A stretch of 64,000 nucleotides of DNA from Mobula hypostoma (taxonomy: Eukaryota): assembly GCF_963921235.1 (NCBI RefSeq), contig NC_086097.1, positions 197,286,001 to 197,350,000 on the forward strand, given 5' to 3'. Below the pieces are notes generated by a model. It did not search any database. It saw only the letters and a program-made list of their open reading frames with translations, and had not been told where the DNA came from. Positions 25,561 to 38,812 of the stretch are shown here, piece by piece. How positions within the stretch are numbered: position 1 is the first letter of the stretch; every line of letters begins with the position of its first letter. The position numbers and the translations under genes were made by a program.

Positions 25561-26881
25561 TTGTCCCTCCGATTCTATACACCTGAAGCAATTAAATCCA
25601 GGAATATTTAGTTGCCAATCACAACTCTCCTGTAACCATGTTTCACTAATAGCTACCACATCATACTTCCAGTTATCAATCCATGCTTTAAGCTCATCCA
25701 CCTTTCTTATAATGCTCCTAGCATTAAGATAAATGCATTTAAGAATTTTTCCACCTCTTACTCTCTGTTTATCACTAACGGTGCAAACAACTTTACTATT
25801 TTCTTTTTCTTCCTTCTTCCCTACATCTGTTCCTACACTGTGGTTCCCCCCCCCCCGCCCCGTATCTAGTTTAAATCCACTGGAGCCTCTCTAGCAAAAT
25901 GGATCCGAGATATCGCAGACCCTGGCACCAGGGAGGCAACAGACCATCTGGCATTCTTGATCTCTTCCACAGAACCTCCTATCTGTCCCCCTAACTATCA
26001 AGTCCCCTATCACTACTGCCCTCCTCTTTTCCCTCCTTCCCTTCTGAGTTGAGGGTCCCATCTCAGTGCCAGAGATGCAACCACTGCACGTTGTCCCTGG
26101 TAGGTCGTCCCCATCAACAGTATCCAAAACAATGTACTTATTATTGGTGGGAACGGCCATAGGGATGCTCTGCTCATTCTGTCTATTCCCCTTCCCTCTC
26201 CTGACAGTCACCCAGCTACCTGTCTCCTGACTCTTAGGGGTGACTATCTCCCTGTAACTCCTCTCTATTTCTGCCTCTGCTTCTCGAATGATCTGAAGTT
26301 CATCCAGCTCCAGTTCCAGTTCCCTATCTCGGGTTGTCAGGAGTTGCAGCTGGATGCACCTATCGCAGGTGCAGTAATCAGGGACGACTGTGCTCGCTCT
26401 GACTTCCCACATCCTGCAAACAGAGCACTCAACTGCCTTAACTGCTGCCTCCATTACCTACTCCTAAGGTAATTAGATTTATTAAAGGAACTTACCCAAC
26501 CTTACCTCACTTGGAGTGAAGCTGTTCCTCAGCCTCTGCTCGCCGAAGCCTTAGGAGCCAAAGTCTTCCTACTCTGTCTTCCTCTACTCCGTCGCCCGCT
26601 GAGTTAATCTGCTGTCTTTTAAATACTCCCGCTGCCTCACGGGCCGACTTACATGTGCTTGCGCAGTCCTGCCCTGTTCAACTGCCGAAGAGAACCTAAG
26701 TAAACAACATGTACTAATGCAACAGGATGAGCAATATACTATTAAAATAGTATTATGCAATTTTGCACGTGTGAAAACAGAAAGAGACTGTTCGGAAAAA
26801 GGGTTAGGAATGTTATGGAAGTCAGAAACCAAAGGTGTACTAAAGGTTGATGGGTGGCAAGATGTAGAGGAAGTGTAGGAA

Positions 26882-29800
26882 GTGCAGGAAGTGCAGTAGT
26901 AGCAATTTTGTGCTGCTCTTAGTTTTGTTTCTCTCCCCCTAGTTTAAACTTCAAATTTAAAATTTTTATTTGCTGATTCTTGAGGGGGAACAATATGTCT
27001 ATGTCTACGAGGAGTGGGAAGAACTTGTCTGATCCTAGTGACAAAGGTAATGGGAAAGGAAAGATGCAAAAGGAACGATCTGATGAAATGCCACCATGGG
27101 CTGAAGATATCATTCGGACACTGAATTCAATGAAAGATCAGAATGGGTCAATTAAAGACCAACTGGAAAAGAATAGTAATGAAGTGAAGTCATTTCTGGG
27201 AAAACTTAAAGACTTGGAAACTCAAGTTATTACACACGAAGAGGAATTGAAGATAACTAAGCAAAAATCATTTGAAGCTACAACTCGTTTGGAAAGATAT
27301 CAAAATAAGATTATAGACCTGGAAACTAGGTCTCGCTGAAGGAATATACGAATTGTTGGACTGCAAGAAGGAGCTGAAGATGGAGATTTAACTGCTTACT
27401 TTGGTAAGCTTTTTCATACTTTATTTCCTACCATATTATCACAGCCGCCTACTATAGAAAGAGCACACAGAGCTTTTACTTCGAAATTTAAAGATCCAAA
27501 TAAACCAAGATCTGTTTTGGTTTGTTTTCATCACTTTAAAATTCAAATAATACAAGCAAGAAAACAGGAAGTTTTTAGATTTAAGGAATCTGAGCTCCGT
27601 TTTCATGAGGATTATCCGAAGGAGGTAATGGAACAAAGATCAAGATTTGCTCTGCTAATGAAACAGGCATGTGATAAGAAACTGTTTCCTTCTTTGCGTT
27701 ACCCGTCAAGAATTAAAGTTTTTCCTCCTAACTCTCCTTCTCGTACATTTTTTGATCCAAAAGCCGCACTGAAGTTCGTTCAAACTATACCTGCCGCTGC
27801 TACCAAATGAACTATCTGAAAGGTTGTTTGGTATTTGTATATTATTGGCATTTCTGAAAGAAGATTTATGAAGGTTACTTGGATATTTCATTGAGAGTCT
27901 ACTAAAAGAAGATAAGGAGATTTGTTCATTATTGCATATTACTTTTTTTGGAAAGAAGATCTATGGTTCAAGTATGACTGTTTAAATAGTTACTGGGATA
28001 TTCGACTGAGAAAAGAAGATAAAGGGACTTGTCTCTTTACCTAATATCTGGTTTGATGTTTTTTTTTGATTTCTTTCTTAATTAACTAACTGGTAATTTT
28101 TCCTACTAATGGGGCTTTTTATATATGTAGGGGAGGGTTCAATTACTTATGATACTATTAATTGGTATTTTTGAAAATTTACTTGGGTTAAATATGCTGT
28201 TAAATTTTTTTCTGCTTTATTATAGCGTCTTATAACCGAATTTAAAGTATTTTTTTAGGGATTTAATGTTAAATTTAAAAATGGCGCTGGTTTTTCTTTT
28301 TAAGAGATAACATTATTTGGTTCTTTCTTATCCAGCTAAGCTTAAAAAACAGACTAAAGCAGAATTAGATAAGATTTCAAAACAAATTAAAGACTTAGAA
28401 AATATTTATGCAATTTCCCCTATTATTGATTTATTCAAACAAAGGGTGGAACTTCAACACAATATAACCTATTATTAACTCATCCCATTGAAGGCTATTT
28501 GCTTAAGTTAAAGAGCAAGTTTTATATGTTTGGAGATAAAAATAATAAACTGCTTGCATCTCAATTAAAAATGGCTAGAGCCAAAAGGCAAATTTTGAAA
28601 ATTCGTAGGAAAGATGGTGCCTTGGCTTGGGAATATGAAGAAATTAATAAGATTTTTCTAGATTTTTATACTGAGCTTTATAAATCTCAATGTCCAGTAG
28701 ATTCTTCTGAAATGAATGCTTTTTTTTACGAAAGATTGCTTTTCCTAAAATTTCTGTTGAGGATCAAAAAACTCTTGATGCGCAAATTACTGAAGCCGAA
28801 ATTCATAAAGCTGTTTTTTCAGTGCAATCTGGTAAGGCCCCTGGACTTGATGGCTATTCTGTAGAATTTTATTAAAAAAAAATTTGGAAAATTGCTTTCT
28901 CCGTATATGTTGAAAATGTTTAAGGATCCTTTTGTGAAAGGTGATTTACCCTCTACTTTCTATGAGGCTTCTATTTCTTTAATTCTTAAAAAGGATAAAG
29001 ATCCTACTGACTGTGCCTCATATAGACCTATTTCATTATTGAATGTCGATGCTAAGATTCTGTCAAAGGTAATGATGAATCGGTTGGAGAATATTTTGGG
29101 TAAAATTATTTGTAAAGATCAAACAGGCTTTATAAAGGGTCGTTATTCTTTTTCAAATGTTCTGAGACTACTTAACATTATATATTTGTCCTCTTCTGGA
29201 TGACGGCGACGAGTCGGAGGCCTTCCCAGTGACAAATGGCGTCAAACAAGGCTGCGTTCTTGCCCCAACTCTGTTCAGTATGGTATTCTCTGCTATGCTG
29301 ACAGATGCCTTCTGTAACTAACGGCAGGTTGTTCAACCTTAGGTGCCTGCAGGCAGTTACAAAGGTGCGAGAGACTGTCATCAGAGACTTCTTGTTTGCT
29401 GATGACTGCGCACTCAACGCCAGCACAGAACAGGAGATGCAGCGTGAAATGGACTGCTTCTCACAAGCCTGCGACAACTTCGGTCTCACTATCAGCACCA
29501 AAAAGACTGAAGTTATGTACCAGCCTGCCCCAGGAAAGCCATACCAGGAGCCGCGCATCACAGTGAAGGGCCAGAACCTCCAGGCAGTCGACAACTTCAC
29601 CTACCTGGGCAGCATACTCTCTCGCGCAGTGAACATAGACGCTGAGGACAACAACAGGATTGCCAAAGCCAGCGCCGCCTTTGGGAGACTCCGTGAGAAC
29701 GTCTGGGAGCGGAAAGGACTCAGCCTTACCACCAAGCTGAAGGTCTACTGTGCAGAGGTCCTTACCACCCTCCTTTACGCCAGTGAGACCTGGACTGTCT

Positions 29801-32706
29801 ACAGCAGACACGCCAAACAGCTCAACCACTTTCACCTGAGCTGTTTCCGCAGACTCCTCCACATCAGGTGGCAGAACAAAATCCCGGACACGGAAATTCT
29901 GGAACGAACTGGGCTCTGCAGCGTCTACACCCTCCTGCTGAAAGCCCAAGCCAGGTGGGCTGGACATGTGATCAGAATGCCAGACAGCCGATTGCCTAAG
30001 CAGCTGCGGTATGGAGAACTGTGTCAGGGCAAGCTCTCAGTCGGGGGGGCAGAAGAAATGTTACAAAGACTGCCTCAAAGCGTCCCTCAAAGGCCTGGGT
30101 GTCGACATCAACATGTGGGAGACGCTTGCCCTCGACTGTCCAGCTTGGTGCAGCAAGATCACCACAGGAGCCCGTGCAGCTGAAGTCAGGCGCATCATCA
30201 AGGCGCAACGAAAGCGTACTGTGCGCAAGGCCCGAGCAGCATCCACTGCCACGACAGCACCCACCCACTTGTGTCCCACATGTGGGCGAGCCTTCAGGGC
30301 CCGGTTTGGCCTCATCAGTCACCTCCGGACCCACAGCCACCAATCTCCCATTTGACTTTGAAGCCATGGTCATCTTCGACTACGAAGGACGAACAACAAC
30401 AACATTCGTCCTCTTAAAACCCCACAATGCGTCGTCTCTTTGGATGCTGAAAAAGCGTCCGATCAAGTCGAATGGAAATATTTATTTAATGTTTTAGAGA
30501 AATTTGGCTTTGGTTTTAATTTTAATAATTGGATTAGAATGATATATAAAGCTCCTATTGCTACTTTTATTACTAACAACTGTAGGTCTCCTTTTTTTCA
30601 GCTTTCACAGGGGACAAGACAAGGTTGTCCATTAAGTTCTTTGTTATTTAATTTAATGTTAGAACCCCTTGCTATTGCTATTCGTGAAACTAAAAATATT
30701 TATGAGATTTTTGTGAGTGAGACCATTCATAAGATTTCTCTTTTTGCTGACGATTTATTAGTTTATATATCTAATCCTGAGGAATCTATTCCTGCCTTGC
30801 TAAAATTATTCAATGAATTTGGAGATTTTTCAGGATATAAAATAATTATTAGTAAAAGTGAGTTGTGTCCTTTAAATGAATCTGTCTCTATACATGATAA
30901 TACTCCTTTCAAAGTCACGGATTCTCTTAGATATTTAGGTGTTATAATCACCAAAAAATATAAGGATCTTTATAAAGCCAGTTTTGTTCCCTTGGTAGAC
31001 TCTGTGAAATATTTATTTAGTAGATGGAGTCCACTTACATTTTCACTTGTCAGTTGCATCCATATAGTGAAAATGATGATTTTACCAAAATTTTTAGACT
31101 TATTTCAGAATATACCTGTTTTTTTGATTAAGAAGCTTTTTGTTCGGATTGATTCTATTATTTTATCTTTTATTTGGAATAATAAAAGACCAAGAATTAG
31201 TAAATGTCACTTACAAAAGTTGAAAAAGGATGAGGTCTCACTTTGCCTAATTTAAGAATGTATTACTGGGCTGTAAATGTGCGATACATGTCCTTTTGGT
31301 TATATTGGGTTGATGAACGATCGGCCAATTTGGGTAGACCTGGAATTGAAAGCTGTGAAACATTTTTATTTAACCTTGTTATTGGGAGCTTCTTTACCTA
31401 TACAATTAGCTAAAGTTGCTAATTTAAAGTTATTCCCTGTGATTAAGCATTCCTTACAAATTTGGCTCCAGTTCCACAATTTTTTTAATCTTAAAAAATT
31501 TAAACTTTGTAGATTAATTTATTGAAATTACTTTTTTAAGCCTTCTTTGAGTAATACAATTTTTTTTTACTTCAGAAAAATAGAAGTATTAATTCTTTTT
31601 TGGATTTATTTAAAGAAGATGGATTGATGTCTTTTGAACAATTAGTTGATAAATATTCTCTTTCATACTCACACTTTTTGCAATACCTTCAAGTTAGACA
31701 TTTCTTACAAAAATAATTTGTCATTTTCCTTACATATTGGATGCTGACCTGTTAGATACTATTATGAGTATGGACCCTTCGATGAAGGGTTCTATTGGAA
31801 GAACTTCTAATTTACTATTAAAATGGGATAAGCGTCCTTTATTTAAGATTAAACAAGATTGGGAAAAGGAACTCAGTATGACTTTTAAGATGGAGGATTG
31901 GACGTGGATTCTGAAGCTGGTTAATTCTTCTTCAATCTGTGCTAGTCATTCACTGATTCAATTTAAAATTGTACATCGTTACCATTTGACGAAGGAGAGA
32001 CGGTCTAAAATGTTTCCTAGTGTTGATAGTTATTGTGATAGATGTAAAACTGAGATAGCTACACTGACACACATGTTTTGGTCTTGTTCTATACTGGAAC
32101 AGTTCTGGAAGTCAGTTTTTTCGACAATTTCTAAAGCACTTAAAATTAATTTACAACCTAATAAATTAACTTTTTTGGAATAATTCCTCAAAATATCCAT
32201 GATATTGCTCTGTCTGACCAACATGTTATTGCATTTGTTACATTGATAGCCAGAAGAGCCATATTGTTGAAGTGGAAGGATACATCAGCACTCACTTTGT
32301 CACAATGGTTCTCTCAAGTGATGCTATGTCTTAGTTTGGAGAAAATTAGAAGTCAAACTTTTGAATCTATATTTGATTTTGAGAAAAGATAGGGTTCATT
32401 TGCTTGATATTATCAATTGAGTTAATTGATAGATTTCCTTCACGATCTAGTTGTAAATTTTTGGTACTTTTTTTTTCTTGCTGGCGGTTTGATGTTTATC
32501 TTTAGAAGCTTTTGTATGATGCATGGCTCCGGGGTTGAACACCTAATAGGGTTTTTTCCCGCACTTTTCCTTGCTTAGTAAGGTTTCTTTATTATCACTA
32601 AAATCTTTTCAGTCTTTAAAATGTTTTTTTTTCTTGAGACATTGTAAGTGTTGCTTACTTCGATGTACTCGTGTTAATTTTGGATAATAATAAAAAGATT
32701 TGAAAA
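26882..32706 (+). mobile_element. L1-clade LINE of a related subfamily, both ends present, endonuclease region deleted
   Basis: 12-bp TSD GAAGTGTAGGAA (26870-26881, 32707-32718). ORF1 about 26995-27810 with an in-frame stop at 27337. ORF2 remnant 28320-32420 (GTRQGCPLS, LFADD). AATAAA and an A-rich tail. Confidence 0.9.
29196..30403 (+). mobile_element. 5'-truncated RTE-clade (RTE-1/BovB-like) LINE nested in L1
   Basis: 12-bp TSD ATTTGTCCTCTT/ATTCGTCCTCTT (29184-29195, 30404-30415). Motifs GVKQGCVLAPTLF, FLFADDCAL, FTYLGS, LLYASETW, RWAGHV, terminal CPTCGRAF...HLRTH. (CAA)n tail and a sharp rise in GC. Confidence 0.9.
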
Positions 32707-33102
32707 GAAGTGTAGGAAAGCAAGCAATTTTAATCCACAAAGTTTATTTAATTTCTTTATCAGCAAAGGTACATGTATTCAAGCCCATGATCCTGCTTGA
32801 ATTTGGCAGCTTTTATTTTCAGTTTACCAGATGTTAAGTTTGAACTTTGGTATGGTTTAGTCAGAAAATAAATCGGTCTTTAAAAAAGTCTTTGCTTACA
32901 TAACGTAAGTAGATAGTTGGGTGAGTGAGTGGGAAGCTTTGCAGTGGGTGATTGCAGGAGGCAATTTAAAATGTTAACATATTACATGTCAGTTCTTGTG
33001 CATCATTGAAAAGTAAGGAAGAATAATGACTAATATGTTTAGGTTGTATTGCCTATTTGTCTGTGTAAATGTTCATAAAAATTAATAATGTGTAGTAATG
33101 TA

Positions 33103-33296
33103 TTTGGGAGAAATGTACATAATTCGCAACCACTGACATTGAGTTGGGGTTTCACTTTGAGGCTGGTCTGATGTAATGTTATTACATAAAGGTTTTTAGC
33201 GTAAATTTGTGTTTGGATTTTGAAGTTCAATAAAATGTGTTATGGGTCTCATTAAACATAAAACACCTCACTTCATTTTATTTGCAAAAGCCTAAA
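33103..33296 (+). mobile_element. Solo-LTR-like relic related to the Gypsy LTR at about 60330-60486
   Basis: Shares GTACATAATTC...CTGACATTGAGTTGGGGTT...GAGGCTGGTCTGA...CAATAAA with 60343-60466. No internal sequence follows. TSD not resolved. Confidence 0.65.
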
Positions 33297-33654
33297 ATAT
33301 GAAAAACATTGTGGTTCAACTAGTCTGTAGTATTATCCATCTGTACAGGCGTGTAGTTGTTACCACATTCACTATCTGCAGGAGTATGTTGTTCTGACTA
33401 CATTTCCCATTCTGCCACTGTCTCCCTTCATTACTGTTTCTTAATTCATCCTTCAAGCTTAATCCTGAAAGTTTGTACTTTACGCTGCCATCATTAGCCC
33501 ATGAATTATACAATATTTTTAATGGTCTTGCTGGAACAATTGAAGAAATATCTCTTGGTTTGATACATAAATTGAGTTTTGTATCCTTGTATTTTTGATG
33601 CCAATGGGGATTGTAAGGCAAAGATAATGAGAAACAAAGTAGTAAAGTTCACAA

Positions 33655-35235
33655 CATACACAAAACGCTGGAGGAGCTCAGCAAGTTGAGCAGTGTCTCT
33701 GGAGGGGAAAAACAGTTTGCTTTGGTTTGAGACCCTTCTTCAGGACTGGAAGGGAAGGAAGCAGAGCCAGAGTAAGGTGGTGGGATGAGAGGAAGGTGTA
33801 CAGCCTGGTAGATGGTGAAACCAGGTAAGAACGGGGGAATGAAGTAAGAAGCTGGGAGATGATAGCTGGAAGAGTTAAGGGGCTGGAGAAATCTGATAGG
33901 ACAGGACAGTGGACTATGGGAGAAAGGGAAGGAGGAGTAGCATCAGATGGACAGGTGAGGTGAAGAGGAGGAGTGAGAGGGGAACCAGTACAGGGTATGG
34001 AAAAAGAGGGTAGGAGGTAGGGAGAAGAGAAATTACTAGAAGTTAGAGAAATTGATATTTAGGTAATCAGTTTGGAGGCTACCCTGATGTAATTTGAAAC
34101 GTTGCTCCTCTAACCTGAGTATGGTGTCATCATAGCAGTAGAGGAATATATGGACCAACATTTGGGAATGGGAAGTCAAATTGAAATGGTGTCCATTGGG
34201 AAATCTTGCCCTTTGCAGTGGATGGAGCTAAGGTGCTTGATAGAGTGAGAGCAGAGAATGGGGAGGAGGCTGGTGGGGGGAGGCAAAGATGTGCTTAATG
34301 GGAGGATTCATTGTAGATGGGAAAGTTAATGAAAATGATGTGCTGGATATGGATGCTCATGGGTGGTAGGTAATGCAAGGGAATCCTTTCCCTGTTATGG
34401 TAGAAGGAGGATAGAGTGAGGGCAAATGCATGGGAAATGAAGGAAATGGTAGTGAGGGCCCCATCACTAATGGTTGATGCAGTGGAGACAGAGAAAATGG
34501 GAATGGGGGATATCATTTTTACAAGTGACAGAATGGGAAGAGGTATACTCAAGCTAGGGCCTATGCTTACATCTTGGGTTTGGAGAAAGTGGGGAAAGCT
34601 GAAAGGTAAATTGGTGAGAGTAGGAACCAGTTCTGCCAGGCAGAGGAGGGTTCTTGTTAGATTTGTTGTCCAGAAAGAAGCAGTGAGCTTAAGGCCATTG
34701 TAATATGGGATAGGAATGTATATGGAGTGAACATCCGTAGTGGAAATGAGGCTATCAGGGCCAGTAGAATTTAAAGTGATTGAAGTGATGGAGAGCATGT
34801 TAAGTGTCACAGATGTGAGTTGGAAGCGACTGAACCAAGGAGGACAAAATCAAATACAAATATGCGGACACAAATTCAGTGGGGAAGGAACAGACAGAAA
34901 CAAAGGAACTACCGTGACATTTAGGTTTGTTGGTCTTGGAGTAAGAAGTAGAAACAAGCAGTATAGGGTATTGCAACTGAGGGCAGTGGTAGTAGATGGG
35001 AGATCTCCAGAGGTGATGAGCTTGATGATCATGTGGGAAACAATGGCCTGATGCTCCTTAGTGGGGGATCTGTTCGAAGGGTAAATAAGGTGTCTGAGAG
35101 TTGCTGTCTGGCCTCAGAAGGTAGAGGTTAGTCTGTCAGACTACAACAGCACCTCTCTTGGCATCAGGTTTGATGGTGAAGTTGGGATTGGTGCAGAGAG
35201 AGTTGAGGGCAATGAATTCAGAGGGGTGAGGTTTG
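33655..35235 (-). mobile_element. Penelope-like element, degraded and internally deleted
   Basis: ORF 34295..34810 retains a decayed PLE RT (TTDVHSIYIPIP...TLLCLAELVPTLTN). ORF end (GSLQTDYLNINFSNF) near 34035-34085. Pseudo-LTR with a decayed hammerhead at about 33712-33749. Confidence 0.75.
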
Positions 35236-36008
35236 AATAGGAAATATCAAAGTGAAATTATGCTTTTGAAATTAATTTGCTTTCCTTTTTAAAGCTTTTA
35301 ATTTTTAAGTGTTTTACCAGTTAATTATTTTACATTTTTAAAATTCTAATTTGTTTATTTCTATTAGATTTAATATCTTTGAATATCCATGATACTGAAA
35401 TATTAAAAACAATCAATCACAGCACTTCAAGCTGGCAAAACTGCTAGCTAATGGTCTATCAGGAGTGTTTCAAGCACTAAGCTTTCTCACTGCACCACCT
35501 GGGAGAATGTTCTTGATAAAAGCATCATGTCGGACTCTGGGATATAGAGAAGTGATTAATTTGTGTCTCTGCCTCTGGACAAGTTAAATATAGGGTGTGC
35601 ATTCTTGGGTAGAGGATAGGGCCTGATCTGGTATAGTGAACTGTTGAATAGCATTTAGTGAGGAGTAAATTTGCTAATATCACTTAAAAGAAGTGCCTTT
35701 AGAGTGACTTCAATTTAACAATGATTTGATAATGTAAAGATGAACCTAAATGTGATCATTTTGTGCAATTTTGTCAATTGTAATAAGTTTTTTAACAAAA
35801 TTGAAAGCTATTCCTGTCAGACCAGTCTAATTTTAGTTTCAGAAATATAATTTGGTTGGTGGAATATTTCAAAATCTATGCATAAAGTATTGACGTTCAG
35901 TGATGCCAATATATTGTAATGAAAATGTTTAAATTCAGAAATACTTACTCTAAATTAATCCTTCCACTTATTGAAGCTTTTCCATCCCTCTGATTTTTTT
36001 TTATATAG

Positions 36009-36135
36009 GGATTATTGGTATCTGGTGTTGAATTTGAATCTCTCCCAGCTGCCCTTTCTCTTCCTGCTGAATCTGGACTATACCCAGTGACACTAGTGGG
36101 TGTTCCTCGTACATCAGGACAGATAAATGTAAATG
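36009..36135 (+). CDS. TRAPPC9: TRAPPC9 internal coding exon E (127 nt, phase 0/1)
   Basis: Bounded by ttatatag|GGATTA and GTAAATG|gtaagc. Translates [42 protein letters not shown] (overlaps ORF 36015..36203). Confidence 0.96.
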
Positions 36136-36959
36136 GTAAGCATTTGTCTAAAGAATGTTTAAAAGCAGCTAGAAGATGTAGCATAAAGATTGCAGTTACT
36201 TAATGTATTTGGCATGTATTAATGCTAAACGTAAATATTCCATTTCTTTTGTGTTTTGTAAGTTATGCTTTTAAATTTGTAAAGATGGGATTTGATTTCA
36301 TGAGGATCATTGAACATAATTATTCCTAGTTTCATTTTTTAAAAAAGAATCCTAACACATGGGAATGGCTATTTTCCTTCAAGAAATAATAATTAAGCTA
36401 GTTGGTGAGAAACTTGTTGACGTATATTTGAAGAATTTAAGAGAAAAAGTTTAGGGAAAAGATGCTGGCATTATCAATGCATCTTCACTATTTATTGAGC
36501 TGCATTAAGCAATAAAAACAGTATTTTTTTTCCAGAGTAATGTCAAGATTGAAAGTTCTCTCAGGCCCATCAATACTTTATTTCTAATAATTTAAAAAAA
36601 GCAGTAAAGGGTTGTGGATGAAAATGCCAAAATCCCCCTGGTATGTATATTCTCTCCTCAAGGGTTCTGGCATTTTCTGAATTGCCTACAAGAAGTATTA
36701 CACCAAGATAAGCTTTGATTAATTTAAATGTTATTGGCAAGTTAGAGTTCCTTTCTTAACATGAAATTGTAGCTCTCAGTGCCATCTGGTTACTAGAAAC
36801 CAATTGTGTTGCATGGTAATGCAGTTTGAGACGAACCCAGAAGTTATTCCTTTCAGGGTGGTGATCATGTCAGAAAAGTTGTCCTGTGAGCACTTTGTTC
36901 AGGAGTCCAATCCCTTAAGGAGTAGGAGAAAAAGGGAATTTGCTCCTAGATCAGTTGAC

Positions 36960-37545
36960 CTTTGTAAAGCCTTTCTGAGGCACTGGTAAGGCCTCACTTG
37001 GAGTGTTGTAAGAAGTTTTGGGCCCCTTACTTAAGAAAGGATGTGTTGACTTTGGAGAGGGTTCAAAGGAGGTTCATAAAAATGATTCTGGGATTGAAAG
37101 GCCTGTCATATGAGGAGTGTTTGATGCCTCTGGGCCTCTACTCACTGGAACTCACAAATGAAGTGGGATCTCATTGAAACCTATTGAATGTTGAAAGGCC
37201 GAGATAGAGTGGATGTGGAGAAGGTATAACGAAAAATGATGGAGTCTCAGACAAGAGGGCACAACCTCAGAATAGAGGGACATCTATTTAGAATGGAGGT
37301 GAGGAGTAATTTCTTTAGCCTGATGGTGGTGAGTCTGAAATTGTTTGCCACAGGTGGCAGTGGAGGCCAGGTCATTGGGTGTATTTAAGGTGGAGGTTGA
37401 TAGGTTCTTGATTAGTCAGAGATGAAAGATTACAGGGAGAAGACAGAATGGGGCTGAGAGGGAAATAGATCAGCCTTGATGAAATGGCAAAGCAGACTTG
37501 ATGGACCGAATAGCCTAATTCTGCTCCTATGTCTTATGATCTTCT
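36960..37545 (+). mobile_element. CR1 LINE 3' fragment
   Basis: ALVRPHLE...ERVQRRF remnant, 3' UTR and TGTCTTATGATCTT tail. Confidence 0.8.
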
Positions 37546-37789
37546 TGCAAACATCTGTGGACTGGTGTCTGAATTGGGAGAACTGTCCAACAGGCCAGTT
37601 GAGCAACAGCCTGATGGTCTTGTATGTGAAATCATTCCTTCTGAGCATTTACCAGGCCCCTCATCACAATCTGTCACAACAGCAGAATAGATCCACCATT
37701 GGTGGTGGAACAATGTTATTTTGGAGAGAGGGAGTGGTCCTTAGAGCCCATGAATTCTCAGGGCATCAGGTCAAAATTTGCCTATTGTT

Positions 37790-38812
37790 AGTTATTGCCT
37801 CAAAAGGCCTCAAGCAGGCTTCAATTAAACCAGACCCTAAGAAAGACATGGTAACCTGCCTTGATGACCATCTTCCATTAGCACTTTCATCCACCGTGAT
37901 GAAGTGCTTTGAGGGGTTAGTGTTGCAACACATCAACTCCTGCCTGAGAAGTAACTTGGGTCTGCTCCAATTTTCTCCTCTCGTCACAATAGGTCCACAG
38001 CGGATACCATTCCATTGGCTTTTCACACTCAATCCTGGAATATCTGGACAGTGAAGATGTACACAATAGCATGCTTTTCATTGACTACAGCTATGCATTC
38101 AGTACTATCATTGCTTCAAGACCTTGGACTCAATACCTCCTTGTGCAACTGGACCCTCATTTTCCTCACTTGCAGACTCCGGTCAGTTGGTATTGGCAAC
38201 AATATTTCCTCCACAATCTGCATCAGCACAAGTGTACAACAAGGCTGTGAACTTAACCCTCTGCTTTTTCACTTTATACTTATGGATGTGAGACTAATCA
38301 CAGCTTCAATGCCATATTTAACTTTGCTGATGACATCACTGTTGTTGGCAAAATCAAAGGTGGTGACGTCAGAATATAGGAGGCAGATGGATAATCTGGC
38401 TGAGTGGTGTCACAACAATAACCTCTTACTCAATGTCAGTAAGACCAAGGAGCTGATTATTGACTTCAGAAGGAGGAATTTGGAGGTCCATGAGTCAGTT
38501 CTCATCAGGGGACCAGAGGTGGAGAGACTTTAAATTCCTCAGTGTGATCATTTCAGGGGATCTGTTCTGGGTCCAGTATGTAATTGCCTTTACAGAGAAA
38601 GCATGGCATTGCTTCTACTTTTGTAGAAGTTTGCAAAGATTTGCATGTCCTCTATAATGTTGATATATTTCTATAGATGTGTAGTGGAGAATGTATTGAC
38701 TGATTGCATCATGGCTTGGTATGGAAACACCAATGCCCTACTACGGAAAAACCAACAAAAAGGCAGTGATGTGACCAGTGTATCACAGGTAAAGCCCTTC
38801 TCCCCATTGAAC
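37790..38812 (+). mobile_element. Rex1/Babar-type LINE RT fragment
   Basis: PLALSSTVMKCFEGLV, LGLNTSLCNW, WCHNNNLLLNVSKTKELIIDFRR and FYRCVVENVLTDCIMAWYG in ORFs 37476-38848. Confidence 0.8.

Larger units (their letters stand above)
15090..26700 (-). mobile_element. Near full-length CR1 LINE (host of three nested insertions)
   Basis: 5' UTR about 26460-26700. ORF1 25891..26454 has a CxxC...CxxC motif and the esterase start VVIGDLIVRG, with an internal deletion. ORF2 endonuclease/RT pieces lie at 25577-25740, 24092-24203, 17597-18615 and 15176-16675 (PQGSVLGP, YADN). (TATGGTTA)n tail at about 15090-15112. Confidence 0.9.
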
